From: Antedon mediterranea
Taxonomy: Eukaryota > Animalia > Echinodermata
Assembly (NCBI RefSeq): GCF_964355755.1
Contig: NC_092676.1
Coordinates: 19,610,871-19,674,870 of the forward strand
Length of the DNA stretch: 64,000 nucleotides
Reading direction: 5' to 3'
The notes beneath the pieces were generated by a model. That model saw only the letters and a list, made by a program, of their open reading frames with translations, was not told where the DNA came from and did not search any database. Of this stretch, positions 12,082-27,726 are shown one piece after another (position 1 is the stretch's first letter; each line of letters opens with the position of its first letter). The position numbers and the translations under genes were made by a program.

Positions 12082-13922
12082 TAACACACTTAGGCCTGTT
12101 CATTCGAATTTCGATATTCTCCGTTCCACTGCTTTAGCCATCTTCTACCTTCAATCTCAGTGACATCAGTTTAGCCATGAACTTCTCAACATCACTGCGC
12201 CAGAATGTTAGTTTAACCAATATTTTTCATATCTCATTATTGACAATAATTCTTTATATATTTTCGCGAGTCTCCGTTTAAACTTCAATAGAGGAAACAC
12301 ATACGGATCGATAATGATATATGTAATGTGTCTATAAAGCAACGTAGCCTTGGCTTGCCATAAAGGATGTGTTTTTTATTTCCTCTTTCCGGCTTTGCTA
12401 ATGAAAATAAAGAGTTTCATAAAAGTAATAACTTTCACCTTCTGTTAGAAGATGATGCCGTCGTTTAATAATTTCTTATGAAAAAAATATGTTCCTTCAA
12501 ATATTGTACCATATTGTTATAATATTAATAATTTAGTAATGATTTATTAGTTTGCAATTAATATTTACGAGTACTGGTATTTAAACATTTTTTTTTACCA
12601 ATTTAGGCCTACCTGAATTTGTTAAAATATGTTTTTTTTTTCGGTTTAATATCAATAATAATAATTCATTTCCGTCGTGAAATCATCGTCTTAAAACTCT
12701 CACGTCACGGTGACATCACACATAATGCCGATTTTTCAATTACGGTATTATCTGTCGAAATTGCGTTATCCCGCCATAGTCGCACATAACTGTAATGTAC
12801 ACATCCGTTTTTTCTAACAGAGTGGGTTTAACACTTTTGATTGGTCGGAGAAAGTACGCGCCGAGAACCAATAATGATGCTGATGCTTATTTTGTTTACA
12901 CAATGCAATACAATAAATATATTATAAAACTTAGCATTAGGTTTTAACCAAAATCCGGCTCAAAACTGATCAAGTAGGGTCGGGTAAAGTTCATTCGGTT
13001 TAAAGGCAATAATCGAACCTTATTTTGGAAATACATTTCTACATAATTGTTATGAAAACGTCTTTGGAATGAAAATTAACGAGTGATTTTTATAAATAAG
13101 CTAATTTTACGGCGCGAAGATATTTTAAGTTTTGTTATCATTGGCAGATATCTTATATTGATTAATCTGACTTCAGTCTATGTAGGCTACATCTTCGCTG
13201 GTGCTAAATAAACTTGGCTTCCATGTGTGTTTGTAACGAGCTGTATCTACTACGGTATCAATCTATTCTGCGTGGTTGACGCAAATGTCTATATTCTGTC
13301 GTATAAAGGTTTCCAAGTTGCTAGAATAACTTAAAGTGTGTATTTTCTCATTTCCGTTGTTTTTAAATTGCAGTAAACGGATTATATTAGGTAGAAAACA
13401 TGCAGAATTAATATCGAAAACGGTATTAGGATCAAAGGCATTGACCGACGAGATCCAGCAGGTATTCAAATTCGATCTACAAAGTGCTCGCAAGCAAAGT
13501 GATTCCGCTACGATGCAATCATAATTAACCATCTGCAAATTGGATTGCTTGATTAATACGCTGAATAATATAGTTCATTGGTCTTTATTGGTGTCAATTG
13601 CCTTATGATGTACCGTACTCACATTCTTTAGTATGGGGGGCATTATAAATTAATATGCATAACAATAAGATACAAATATCATCATATAATTTATTTTGCT
13701 AAAAATACTGTACTGTACGTAGGCCTAGGCCTATACATACATGATAATATAAAAATAAGTTAAAAAAAATAATAAATGATATAAAAAAGTAACAGTCGAG
13801 AGGATCTTTAAGAAATAATTCCATACAATTATGAGTAGGCCTATATATGGGAAAAAAGAAAAGAAATTAAAATTTATAGAGTACCGATATAATATATTTA
13901 AAAGGGATAGTTTTATTATCGT

Positions 13923-13961
<39 letters not shown>

Positions 13962-15805
13962 TTTAATTGTTTAACTCTGAGCAAATGAATGTCTCTGAAG
14001 ATAAATAAAATTATTCTGATTCTGATTCTGACACTATAATCATAGATGCTTTTTTAAGTGTTGATTTAATATCAGTTTAGGCCTAAATAGAACATATGCC
14101 CAATTGTTCGTTTACTATGCTTTATGTGAGGATCAACAACTTATCTGATTCTGAAGTCTTTCTATTTGCCCGTTTGATGTTGATTGCAGTTCTCAAAAAC
14201 TCTAAATAGAGATCTCTTATTGTTGTAACTTTATGATTAAGATTGATTATTAAATATATAATTTCAATCTATGCAGGCCTAATATAATATGCATCGTTCT
14301 ACGAAATCTAAGCTAAGCTTCTTCTGTCCTCTGTCCTATGTATGGAGGAAGTAATTGTACTTCTTGGAAGTACCAAGTACCTGGAATAATTTGTTAATAG
14401 TTCCCCAATAGTACCTGGAAGCATGAAGACGAACTCGATGTTTTTGCAAGTTTCGGGGACTTTATCGGAACTAAACTTTCACGTTGTTGTGGATTAACTT
14501 TATGTGGTTATGTCTCCGTACCATTTGATACCGTATTTACCGGATGTAATTAAAATTAATATTGTGTTCATGAAACATTTTGAAAAAGAAATTTGTATTG
14601 AAGTCCGTGGGATTATTTTATTCAAATTGTTTAATGTCTAGACGAAAGTTACGAAAGTTCATGGAGAAAATGTTTTTCCCCACCATGATCCACAGATGTG
14701 TACAAATCCCTTTCCAATGTGTCAAACAACTTGCCTTATTAACGTACATTAGCATTGTACTGATAGTCATACGGTTCGAACCGAATATGTTGTCTCTAAT
14801 TAAATCAAAGAAAAGAATCAAGTTTTTGGACTTTTTTCTGTTGTCTTGGTCAAATTGGTATTTTCATGGTGTATTTATAACGCTTTTTTTCTTGTTACAC
14901 CTGAGTTAAACAGCGCATATATAGATTATTTGTATTTTGCTTTATAAAAATTAAAAACCAGTAACCATGATTAACCATTATGTTAGTTAGTATTATATTT
15001 TACTCCTTCGATAGGCCTACACCCTTTATGTTTCCATTACTGTGTTTGGTTTCCGTTCCCGTGATGTCCTGTCTTGAGTTCACTTTCATAAGCTTATTTT
15101 CCTGTTGGTGTTTGTCTCTCTTTAATCAAATTATATTTTTTGGAAAAAAGATGTTAGGGTCATGTTTGGATGTTGGGACAATCAACAACTTTTTTTACAA
15201 TTTATTAATAAATGTTAATTAGATATTTTATGATGATGATAATAATAATTTTGTTTCTACCCATGTAGATTACTCAACATTACTCAAAACATTAGTTATT
15301 ACCTTGGTAACATCGTGGATATTTAAATTCATCGCTAATGTGGGTTTTCATTTTTTTAAATATAATATTTAGGTTAGCTTGATTACTTTCCTGGAACTCG
15401 AACAAATTGAAAAATAATTTGATAAATAGTTTTCGATTTCATTAGAATCTGTGCTGGTTTTCAAGTCACCTGATTAGTCACCTGATCTTAACAGTACAGG
15501 CGTACATATTTGTAGCTCAATTCTAAGAAAAAAATTACAAGACCTGTTTTAGCTTGTTCTGTTTTTACTGTTTCTGTAAATATTTGATTTCTGTCGTATT
15601 TTTCTTCAATAATCAAGGAAAGATATGAAAGGCCTACAAAACATTGAAGTAAATACTTTTAGGTCGATATGTAATATATATATTTAAAATGATGATGATA
15701 ATAATAACTAGGCCTACTATAAATCGGTCATAACGTCATTGTGTGTTATTTTGGGATTAAACATTTATTATGTTGGAGTGTATTTAATGTAACTAGTATA
15801 CCTAA

Positions 15806-15915
15806 AGCTTGGTTCCCACAAGGACGTAACGCAAAGGACATAAATAAGTGCATCATTGGATCATTCATCGCGTCGTGATTGGTCAAATTACTTACGTCAT
15901 AGTGTGAACCAAGCT
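15806..15915. mobile_element. Deleted copy of the AGCTTGGTTCCCAC MITE family (PIF/Harbinger-like)
   Basis: Ends agcttggttcccac...gtgtgaaccaagct, flanked by TAA/TTA; shares sequence with the copies at 44967 and 53961. Confidence 0.7.
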
Positions 15916-16781
15916 TTAATAAAAAAAAAGTGCTGAAATATTAAACGTGTTTTTAGTTTTACATACAAATAATGCCTAGCAACAAATTGAGGCTGGAATT
16001 AATTTCAAAATTGAAGATCTCGGCAAAAATGTACTGGTTCTTTTCAAAGTAAAAAAGTAGGCTAATAGATCAATTTAATATTTGTATTTGATGGATGGCA
16101 GGACCAGTGACAAACTGACCGTAATTATAATCATACATTTAAAATAATAAACAGAGATGTTCATGATATGAAGCCTTGAAAAATGTGAAATTCTTTTATA
16201 TGATACACATCAAGCGTGCGCGAACACACTTTCACCGGAAAAGAGTGATCGACTGCCGCAATTAATATAGTTTACTTAAAAGTGCGAGTATTCTCCCGCC
16301 TATCAATCTGTAAAACTGACTCATCACATCATTATTGCGTTCATAATTCAGGACAATAACTGTATGGAAGGGTCGCTTGTCGGTGGTTTATCAATCTCTC
16401 TTGTAGCAATTGATTTCGATATTCTATTCTCCATAGTGTACTGCAATTGACAGATGATAACATGTGTATATCGAAATCAATTTATATGTCAGCATCAATC
16501 AAGTGAAGTATCTGGATAGTAACATCATAGATACCCTAGATAGCAATAATGAAAAAGAAGCCCTATCTGGAATGAACTTGAAATAGGCCTATATCTCATT
16601 GTGCCCATCCCATTATGATCTAGGCATATGATAGTTGGAAGTATCTTCCCACCCAACAAATGATTTACCTAATTTTTTGAAATAGGTAGCCCGGGAGGTA
16701 ACCAGGTCACCCGAATGGTAAAACTGCAAAAATTGATGTCGTGAGGGGGAATGCGATAAGGACATTATACGATCTAATCAT

Positions 16782-17138
16782 ATTCAATTCAATTCAAAAA
16801 ACATTTATTGACCAAAAATATTATATCATAACTTTAACAATGGTTGGCATATAATATATATAGTCGAGAGACTACAAAAGGCCCGATGGGCCTGTCGCTG
16901 TAGTCCCTCTTTACATTATACAAATAATAATACAACACTTAAGCTAATCTTAATTATCCGTTACGTACATTATATAAAAAAAAAAGAATACAGTATCTTA
17001 ATTAATTAGGTTACCATCTGAGGTATAGGCCTACTTTAATAAAAGATATTCTTTAATGAACCTTTTTCAACTTTGCCATTCTTATGCACCATGCTTGGAA
17101 TTTTATTACAGAAATAATTCCAAAGTTTAGGTCCATAT
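16782..17138 (-). mobile_element. Degenerate 3' end of an L2/CR1-group LINE
   Basis: Minus strand encodes YGPKLWNY near 17115-17138; stem-loop at about 16866-16909; (TTGAA)n tail at about 16782-16797. Confidence 0.55.
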
Positions 17139-19003
17139 TGCGATGGTTTTAATCAGGAAAGAATCACTCGTCCCTGGTTTTAATACGAATATGACGGTGA
17201 CGGTGGTTATACGATTAGAAGCTTTGAGACGACACCGGTGGATATGCATGCAACAAACTCGGTTTTATTAGGACGGCGGTGACGATAACGGTATCCGGCT
17301 ATTAAACAACAAATAGGTCTATTTGTAATTCTGTTCATGTATCTTTCTGTAAACATTACTGCAAAAGAAAACCACAATAAAAAAAAAACGCTGTGTACGT
17401 GTACTTGTGCACGTAATATCGGCCATTGTGTCGAGCAGGTTAATTTTCTTTTTTTTAGAACATGAATGTTTTTTTACGTTGCAGACTGGTTTAAATCTGT
17501 TGAAAACGTGAAGTGCGGGACAACCTAGGTCTAGATAATATGTTATTGGGCTGTTGACAATTTAGGTTGAAATATGATCCAGAAAAGGGGGAAATAAGTG
17601 AGACTCCTTACCCATACGTCGTTTGGAGGCTAATCGTCCATGACATAATTAGGGTTAGTGTGCCTATTGGCTCCATTAGACGCATTGATAAACGCATAAA
17701 AGCAGTGTCTATATAATTTTGACCGCGATTTTAATGTAGAATTTTGCGTTAAAATGTAATACATTTTATACAGCCTGAACGCGACGAAGCATGACGCAAG
17801 GACTCGTAAAATTATATAAAAACATATATCTTTTAATGATATCCCAAATAACATTTAAAAAGAAATTGCCTTAATTACCGGGGAAGACAACTTGGTGGAT
17901 GTTCTGCATTAAAAAAAACACTACACGTCACGATGTAGGCCTATTTAAACAAGTTAAATATCTTCTCGGCGTACCATCCATTATTATTTGCCTCCGACAG
18001 AACAGAACTGCTTTTTAACCAAGAAGACACATTTATGAGTGTCCTGTATTTTTTTAATAAACACTTCGTACCGCATGTTATGTTGTCACCTGACGTATCA
18101 TCTTTATTTTTATTTATTTTATTCAGTTGTCAACCAACAGCGATGAAACCGCCACTAACAGGTTGAATCAAATCTATTATTATTTGCATCTACTGAACAG
18201 AATGCATTTTTACTGTACCTGTATAAAACATTGGTGTCACACGGTGGTTGTAACAAAAGGAAATTCCATTCATTCAACAGTTTTTATGTATTTTGTAGGT
18301 TTGTATTAGAAATGTTTTTAAAATAGTCTACCCATTAAATACCGTCATGCATATCTATCTGTATAATCATTCTATTCATGAGACCGGATACGGCGTTCAA
18401 ACAGATTCGATATTATTTAGCCCATAGTAGCAGGGAGTTGTAAAATAATTATTTTAAAACTCCCTGATAGTAGCATGTGATAAACTGATTTTGAAAACAC
18501 TTTTTTTATGTTCTTATACAAAATTCCATATTTTATTTTGTTATAATTTATAAATAAATACTTTTATATTAAGATATTTGATTTTTAGTTTCTTTAAAAG
18601 AATATACACTATTCGCCATCGGTTTCATTAACAAAAACTTTCTTCCCGGTTGTACAGTAGAACCGTAATTCTATACATACAAGCTACATTCATTCATCGT
18701 TTGGATTTCATTGTCATATAATGGGCCAATAGAGAGGAAACCATTTTGTTTTATACAGAGATTGATATTTTTACTTCATAAATATCGTGTTAGTGCATGA
18801 GATATAAAACTCAAGTGTCATTTGGGCTATATATGAATTTTGTTTTTTTTCTGTAACATTTTAAATATTATCTTTCAGCCTCAAATCGGTTTGTTGGTTC
18901 TTGTTTTTTTTACGTAGCACACGGGGATGTTCATTAAAAATGCATTATACAGAAATGTTTAAGCCTAAAGTTCTCCTGTGATACTTAACTGTGGAAGGTT
19001 TCA

Positions 19004-19005
<2 letters not shown>

Positions 19006-19036
<31 letters not shown>
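19006..19036. repeat. (GATT)n microsatellite
   Basis: Run of GATT units. Confidence 0.9.
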
Positions 19037-21420
19037 CTTTCATTAAGAAATTATTTAGATAGAATGTGTTTAATAGCTGACTTCGTTCAAAACCAAATGA
19101 CGAGTGAAAGGCATTTGATTACTGAACATTTTAATTATAAAACATTAATGAACGCTGCAATAACGTACGATTCCATCTGCACACACATTTACGCACGATT
19201 AAAAATGTCATAATTACTGTAATCGGGTTTGATTGATTTAAGTAAAATGTTTTGACTAAATTATGTGTTTTACCTTGCTTAACGTCAATCAAGGTCAAGT
19301 GATGAATACATATTCAAGGAATCTTCATAACAGAATTCTTGAATCGTCTGCCAAGTTAATAATTAGCCAATCAGAATCGCGCAAGGCAACATTCGGGCAC
19401 ACTTTCATTTGTAAACAACATGTACTACAAAAGTTGGCAATTGTTACAACCTTGCAAGTAGCCTTGCGAATACAGATACATAATGACATCTCCCAATGAT
19501 ACTACATAACCTTGAGAGTGGCAACCTGTCCTTTGATGAAGGTAACCTCGATGCACCTAGGCCTATGCCATTTTTTAAAACAAATGAATTCTGAGTCACA
19601 AGGCCTTGCATAGCGACCCTCATTCCCGTGGCCTTAATTAATTGTACGCATAATGGGACACTCTACATAATGTATTGATGATAAACTGCATTATGTAAGT
19701 TATTTTAATTACATTGTTTTCAACTCATTGCTGTGTAGTTTCTAAAATCGATCTTTGTCGTGATGCGATGTACAAGCGATGATTACGTCACATTTCAATG
19801 ACACAAACATCATCAATGCTAACGAATTTCATGGAAACGAACGATTATGGAATTACAATACCACTATTGTATGATCACTAAACCACGTTTTGTTATTATA
19901 AAATATGTTTTTATGGTTTTCGATTTGTCATTCTGAAAATAGTTATTGATGTCTGTTATATTACTTATAAGTTTTAAAATGGCAATGACCTTTGTGTATC
20001 TGGTATATTATATTTTGGTGAGGAATTACAGTAGGCCTATGATATACTTGTATGTGCATCATTTCTGCTGCAAATATATATCGTGTATTCAATATTAAAA
20101 AATACGGTATATATACGGTTTAAAGTACGAGCCTACGTGTTCATATTTTCTCTGTTTTTTTAAATGCGTAGTTTTGACAAAACTTTAGAATTGATATTTT
20201 ATTCCACCTTTTTAAAGTACGATCCTACGTGTTCATATTTTTTGATTGTGTGACAACTTATTCCAGCCTAAGTTCTTGTTAATTTGTCTTATCGTGTTTT
20301 AAATTGTAGGCCTAGTTTACTACTCTCAACTAATTTACTAATAGCATCACATTTCCTTATACAAACAACATATCGTGTTGTCCAAACTTTTGGAGCAATT
20401 GTAGTCGGATATCAATGACTCGTGTTAACAGTTCGTACAGTTATACTGTATTTCAGGATTTCCTACTATAGTATTTTATTATACTAATAATACCACCTCT
20501 TTTATTATAAAAACGCACATATGGAGTATGAATATTAATATTGGACTGGTTTGAAGCATCGGCTTTTACATTATATTCCGATCCTGAATAGTTTGTCAAT
20601 ACACGATAAAATACAAATGGCGCGAAAGAGAACCCGGTGTTCGTGGCGTCTAACCTACTTCGTGTCAGTATTGCTTGTTAATGTTATTTGAACAACGTTG
20701 ACTCTTATTGGCCGACAGAAATTAACTGAAAACTTAATGAAACGTTGAGGGCACATACCCGCATAGCTTGACCGGCGGACGACTGGAATACTACTAAGAG
20801 ATAGAAGTATTGATGAGCTCATTTTCGTTTTTGTTAATTGTCTTTTCAAGGTTAAAAGTTTTCTTTTATAGGTTGTTAACCTGATCACTATGATTTTCCG
20901 TATTTGTGGCAGTCGAATAAAAAAAACGTGTAAGAGTTGATTGGTACTGAGAATAATTATGTATTTGTATTCAAGAAAAAGCGGATGCTTGACTTTTAGT
21001 TGTTACTATCATAATGTTTTGTTGATGGAATGTTGCCACATTTTTTTTAAAGTTATTGCTTTCTCTTTCAATACTCCTCATTGTCACGTGTCAATGGATC
21101 ATTCAAAATGTTCGGCCATGTTATGTAATTATCACTCTACTGTCTAGAATTCTGGGTTTTCTATATTATTACAGTTCAATAACCAAACGTCAAATCGGAT
21201 AATGCATTTTATGAATGTTATTACGGATGTGGCGATTGAACAACTGACACATTGAAGCGTCACTGTTCATTGTTGTACTGTATAGTATTTATTAGAAACT
21301 CAGCTTTCCTTGAAGAGATTAATAAATAAATAATATCAAGCTTTGTTGTATAACAATAATGGTGTGTAGGTCTACGTTATAGACAGTGTTTCGGTGCAAA
21401 TAAGTAGACTTATGGTGACA

Positions 21421-21563
21421 AGCTCAGTCTACACAATCAAACTTTATGTGACACAAAACATACGGACATGATGATGTCATATCACTGCCATATGTGGGCA
21501 TATCACTACCATATTGGGGCACTTTTTTTATTGCCAAACTAGTTAAATAACGTAGACAGAGCT
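21421..21563. mobile_element. Short MITE with AGCTCWGTCTAC terminal inverted repeats
   Basis: agctcagtctac...gtagacagagct, with TAA on the right flank and an internal short duplication (catatcactRccatat). Confidence 0.6.
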
Positions 21564-22589
21564 TAAGTTATGTTCGCTAACTACGCGGTTTTGATTGTAT
21601 TCCACTTGGTTTAGTTTTGACTGTTACTTTCAATTCCACCTTGTACCATATTATTATACTTAAGACGGGTATATAACTATTTCAACTTTCATTTACTTTC
21701 AAGTAAAGCACAGGATTGGCTGTTTTTAGTTTTTCTCTGTTTTTTTTGTGTGTTGTGACATACATAGTGGAGAAATCATCAAGACATTTATTAACAATGG
21801 AATAGGACTTTAAACATAGATTAAACTAGCCTAGTTACTCAACCTTTTTTATATCAAATGTTTTGTTTTTTTGTTGATTTGCTGTTACTAACATTAATTA
21901 GTTTAGGCTCAAATTGTTCATAGTTTGGTACAATATTTTAGTGTTTCTTGAAACCATATCGGATCCATCCATCCATCAACACACTTGTTCGTACTAAAAA
22001 AAGCTATGGCAACGCAATATATGATGTATTTGATTATATAATATTTTATCATTATATTGATAGTTGCGTTTCTCTTTTCTTATTAATAAATTCTTTAAAG
22101 TATAAGAACGACCTTGACGAATGCCTTTTTGTCAAGTAATTTTAATATATTTACTTATTATACAGGTATATGTATTTTCATTTATCATATGTTCACACAT
22201 TGTAATTGGTGTATTGTAGTATACTGTACATCCCTATCTGTTTTTCTATAGGTAACCTTGACGACTTTAAAAAGAATAATGCACGAGTCCTCGAACTTGT
22301 GGATGGCTCGAACGGTGAATAAACCTGCTATTAACCTAGCTTAGCAATGACCATGAACGGTCAAGGTTGGTCTTTGGCGCTCCATAGTGACCCTTTCAAG
22401 GATATAAACTTTCAACTAATGATCTTTCGCTGCACTTTGGTGACATTCTAGAAGATGGATTTAGATTTATGATAATAATAATCAATTATGCATAAAATTG
22501 ATTATTGGTCAAGACGTCAACGTCCAATTCGTTGGCCTCGACTTTCTCATCATTGCTACTCTCCTCTTTTCGTTACCTCCTACCTTGCC

Positions 22590-22800
22590 GTTTCCACCAT
22601 ATCATCATCATATCATCATCATCACCATCTTTCCATTCAGGTCCTCCTCTTCAGTCGCCATTGTTCATCATCATTATCATCATCGTCGTCGTCATTCATC
22701 ATCGTTATTAATTATTACACCATAGACAATGATTAACACGTCATCACCTTTACGTCGTCATCACCACCGTTCATCATACTTGTTTCCATTATCATTCCAT
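22590..22800. repeat. Degenerate (CAT/CGT)n low-complexity tract
   Basis: CAT/CGT triplets giving poly-His/Ser/Ile ORFs in all three frames. Confidence 0.85.
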
Positions 22801-25800
22801 CCATTCAAATCATCTAAACCAGTATCAACTCTTCTCGAAGGTTGAGACATGCAGGCCCCATGAAACGTCCTGAGAGAGAACCAATACTAACAATTAGATT
22901 AATTATTTTGTTCTTACATCCAAACAATCAATACCTCGGTAACGAAATAAGAATTCCACGCCTAATATATCCTATTTTCACATTATCTAATCCTAATAGT
23001 TTCTATATGGAGGGTGACGATGAAAAGATCACCAAAATCGATTATAATGGAATTACTATAATCATTTGATCAGTTCATGATTGACCTTATGATATTTAAA
23101 TATCTTTTAAGATGTACCCCTCCCCCCCCCCCCGCAAGAAAATGAAGATTTAATTAAATGAGATTTTTAAATGGGTTATTTTGTTTTTTTCGATTGAATT
23201 TTTCTTTCAAAGTGGGTAACTATTATGTGCCATTAAAATGGCATATTCATACAAAAAAAAATTATTTTTTCAGGGGAAATATATCTTTAAAATGTTACCT
23301 GAGCAAACATATCTATATTAATTATAAAGATATCATGACCTCTTTCAAACTCTGTATTTTAATTTACAAGAATTTAATTTACAAGAATAGATTATCATAC
23401 TTATTATTATTACAAAAAATATATATTTCTCATTAGGTGAGCATTTGGTTTGTCCTATTTCTAATAAATTTCCAGTCGTACACTCTCTTGTTCCAAATAT
23501 TAAATCCAAATTCTTATCTCAGCCTACTTGACTTGATATTCTCAAGAGCCGTACCAAACTGACCAATGTACTTTAATCCTTTTGCACATCCTGGTTCTCG
23601 TACTACAAGGTAAAAATGATTAAAATTGTCCTTTTTAAAATTCATTTTACAAATTATGACAAAAGGATGTTTGCAGTCCGTTATAACAGCAACTATGGAC
23701 AAATGAATAATAATACTATAATAATAATAGTAAATGAATGTTTCGATTCTCCATGCAAAAACTAATTAAGTAGCAATATACCATAATTGTGTAAAAATTG
23801 GTTCCGCAAAATTAAAAGACGTATTTTTATTTTACTTGTTTTCGTTTCATTAAATAAATGTTTATACTGTACTACAATGTTAACAATAATTTAAAAGCTT
23901 TCAAGGTTTATGAAATAAATGTATCGTCAGATTATATAATTTTTGCAATAAAAAAAACCTTCGACTGTTTCATCAAATAAACGATATTTGTAACAATGTC
24001 CTCCACATCTAATTTGATACATCAAGGATTATCTTATCTCAGAAAGCACTTCTTCTTCGGTACTTCAATGCCATCTACAAGGTGTACAACACTAATTGAA
24101 CTTGACCTTGAGATACCAAGGGAGTGGCAATGTACCGCATGAGATAACATTGAGATCAATGCTAATCAATAATGATCAATGCTGTCATTACGTGTTAAAG
24201 GTCATGCGCTAATGAAAGATGTAAAAAAAACAATTAATGAAATTGTGTATAACCTTGCTGATAAGAATTGTGAATTTTACTTCTGTTTCAATTTCTAAAC
24301 GTAACCCGGGCGACGAAGTCTTAACTTTCGCAAATATGATGTTGACAAAACAAATTTGTATAAATAAACCCATATGCATAAGCGAAACTATAAAATCCAC
24401 ATACAAATGAACAAACTAAGAATAAATAAATGCTGAAATAACTCAACACTAAAATAAAACAACGAAGAATGAAAAACACAATCTTCTGCATTGTTAGACC
24501 TATGTAGTGTAGGAGGCCTACAGTTTTGTAAACAAGTATTATAATAATGTTATATTTGGGGCGTGCAAATGCCATAAATATTTTCTTATTTATCTGAACT
24601 ACATCTAATTGAGTTATACAAAAATTAACAAAACTTTTAAAATACTATTACTACAACAATACAATTAACTTTTCCATTTAAAAATAAAATATTAAAAACA
24701 ACAGAAACAAAGAAGCATGCGTCGACGCTTTTAGGTAATTAAATATTACAAACTTTTTATCAAGTTCAATATATCAGACCTCATGGTATTTTAGGCAAAT
24801 TATTAAATAACTTGATCTAAGTAATCATAACATAATCCCGAGAATGATTTGCTGATATCGCGAGTTACAGAAGACATGACTCACACTTTTACATTAAAAA
24901 GGCTCATTCAAAGATTTGTGATTCTTGTTGAATGGAAACAACACATTTACGTCTTGAACATGTGTAGAATTTACGCTATTTACGTTTTTTAAGTATTGAT
25001 AAGAGATCAAGAAAAGTTTCCCGGTATTACTACCTATTAATTATTATTTTATTTTTGATGTGATACAGCGAGTTGAATGTCTACAGCAGTTTGTAAGTTC
25101 GATCATGCGTGAAGCGGTCCTATTACACAATGTCACATTTTATCATTGGTTCAAAGTGTTATATTATTTGCATAAAGTTTTATCGCAAAAAAATATTTTA
25201 ATAATGTTAAAAGTGTAATGCGTGTTTATCATTCATAAAACTTACCAAAGGTTAACAGCCATGTGTTAAAAACCAATTGTTATTCAAACATAACCAGCAT
25301 AACTATTTGTTTAGAAAGTAATTTCACAACCCTTAATAAATTGATCTTCATTCCATTTAAAGTTCATTATAAATACATTGTTTTTCATTTGTTTTGCTGG
25401 ATTACAAACACTTCAAGATACTTCGGTAACACTAGATTGTATAGTATTATCAAGGCCTGGCCTTGGCTTGTATTACTGAATTTGAAAACCATTAGTCGTT
25501 TGAGGTCCTTTGGTCGGGGTGTCCTCCATAGAGAATGAGTGTCCTCGTAGAGCTATCCTTTAACTAAAGGTCTATAATGCATTATATAATTTTGTGTTAA
25601 TGAATCGGAGGACAAGAAGAGAAGATAATACATGTTCCCATGAAACTTTATTTTTTAATTGTGAATTGCAATATTATTTTTTGACGTTACTTTACAAAAT
25701 ACAATGAAATCTTAAATGTAAAGAAGCGTCGCTGTGAAACTGTAGGCCTAACAAACCAATAAGAAATATAGTGAAAGCAGTCCTTATAAGAACATACTTA

Positions 25801-27187
25801 TTGCTGTATATTTACATTTTATTAAGCTATGGGTGGCGTGCTCCCTTAAATTCATTTTTATAAAATACTTTGGGCTCAATTATGTTTTTATTGAAAACAT
25901 CCGGCTATATTTATTTCCTATGATTATCTTGAAGGTTATAGTTCCGGAAAACCTCGCAAAAATTAATTTCTAGACAAAACACCTTGATATTGATATTATC
26001 AAGATAATAACTAGGCCTATGGCTGAAGTATTAGGCTACAATTTCAGTTAATTTGTGTTGATACTCATGGGTTTTATTTTCCCGATGTTCAAAATGTTTA
26101 CCTTTAGGCTATTAAAAAATATTATATTATAACAGTATTTAATTTAATGTTATTAAAATAATACAGCAAATTTTAAATTAAACCTTAACAAACATTGAAA
26201 ATGTCATTGTACCATAATCTTCAAATAATAACAAATAAAGAATTGTTTGGACAATATTTTTAATTACGGGAGAAGAATTGTTTCCTCTCCTTGGTAAAAT
26301 TTGATAGGTATAATTCTTCATTGACATAATGGTTTAGAATAGGATCTATTTTATTACATAAAGAAATGACAGCGCTATTACTGTATGTTTTATTTAGTCT
26401 TAAAATATTAGAAAAACATTTTAACTAGGTCTAAGTGACTTTATTTTTATGTCTTTAATTAAAGTCTAGTAGGATGCCAAATTTAAGTAAGTGTCATAAG
26501 GTCTTCTGACAAGTGTGCCTTTTAATAGTCTACGCGCACGATTCCTAACCTCAGCATCACCAAACCCCACCAAGTTCGCGTGCAGAAAGTGTCTTGGTAC
26601 CCAGCACATCTTCAAGGCTGCAACGGCGGGAAGTCGACTGATCAATTAATTTATGTCGGTATCGTTCAGACGCCGACCAGGTATTTTACCGGTAATAATA
26701 GGTAGTTATCGTTGCATGGCAAATATTGAACCTGGCCTTGAATATCAGCAAGCTACTACCAAGCATGCCGTTATTTCTTGCAGTAAGGATTGGAGATATT
26801 TCTCTGTGGGCCTAATCGTTGCAAATAAAACCAGGTTAATCTATTGAGGACTGTTAATAGGCTTCAAGGTCACAACCCTTTGGGAAAAGTGCTTTCACTG
26901 AACAACATATTAAGACATAATTAGCTCGTATAATATTATAGTAGTAGGCCTAAATAATAAGGTAGAATATCATTATTACTTATCTGAATTTGAATTCTAA
27001 ATCTAAAATATATTATTTATTAATAAAAAAAAACGAACATTTGTATGGTACTCTAATTTTCTTACCTATTTCAAACTTAAAATGTTTTATTTGTTGTTTG
27101 TAAAATGTTTCAGCTGCGCCCCATTTTAAATCTGAAAAAGAGCCGACTATGACTACTATATCTTATAATATACTATAATATAGGAAG

Positions 27188-27726
27188 TATACAAGATACA
27201 AGATACAAGAAGATACAAGAAAACTTTATTCATCCCAACTTGGGAAATTGTGTTGCTGTCTAATAACAATGCCGTATTTAAAAGAGAAATGATAGGCCTA
27301 ATACATAAGTGTGATAATAATAATAATAACAATAAAAGTGTATCGTAATAAATTTCCCTATCTTTGATACCTTTCATTATAGTCTTGTATGCCCCTTGGG
27401 AGGAAGGAGAGACGATGGCGTTCAGTGGATCCCCGTGGCGGCCTCAGTCTACCACTACGTTCCATAAGGCAGTCGGCAATGTCCGAGTTAAGGGGATGAC
27501 TAACATCATTCCATATCACTCTAAACATATTGCGCAACCGTTCATGATAGACCGAGTCCACCACGGGTAATTCACATCCAACTATCCTCCCTGCCCTCCT
27601 CACCAACCTGTCTATTTTATCCCTATCAACCTTACCAACATTCCCACCCCAACCCAACAGACAATATCCCCAAACAGAACTAATCACTGACAAATAAAAC
27701 ATCCTAAGGATGTGGCTATCAACATT
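27188..27726 (-). mobile_element. 5'-truncated Rex1/Babar (CR1-group) LINE: ORF2 C-terminus, 3' UTR and tandem-repeat tail
   Basis: Minus-strand ORF (NVDSHILRM)FYLSVISSVWGYCLLGWGG...DVSHPL...SGRLR...TERHRLSFLPRGI is typical of the post-RT C-terminal region of this clade; followed by GGGATGAATAAAG and a (CTTGTAT)n tail. Confidence 0.85.

Noticed and set aside
11622-12089. Three overlapping ORFs (poly-Asn/Ser/Ala, poly-Cys, poly-Leu)
   Set aside because: Artefacts of a trinucleotide microsatellite; no splice or domain support.
22488-22736. Three-frame His/Ser/Ile-rich ORFs
   Set aside because: Produced by (CAT)n low complexity.
5877-27000. Many 60-110-aa ORFs in the intergenic region
   Set aside because: Mostly TTG/GTG starts with F/I/L/K/N/Y-biased composition expected from AT-rich DNA; no recognisable domains or exon chains.
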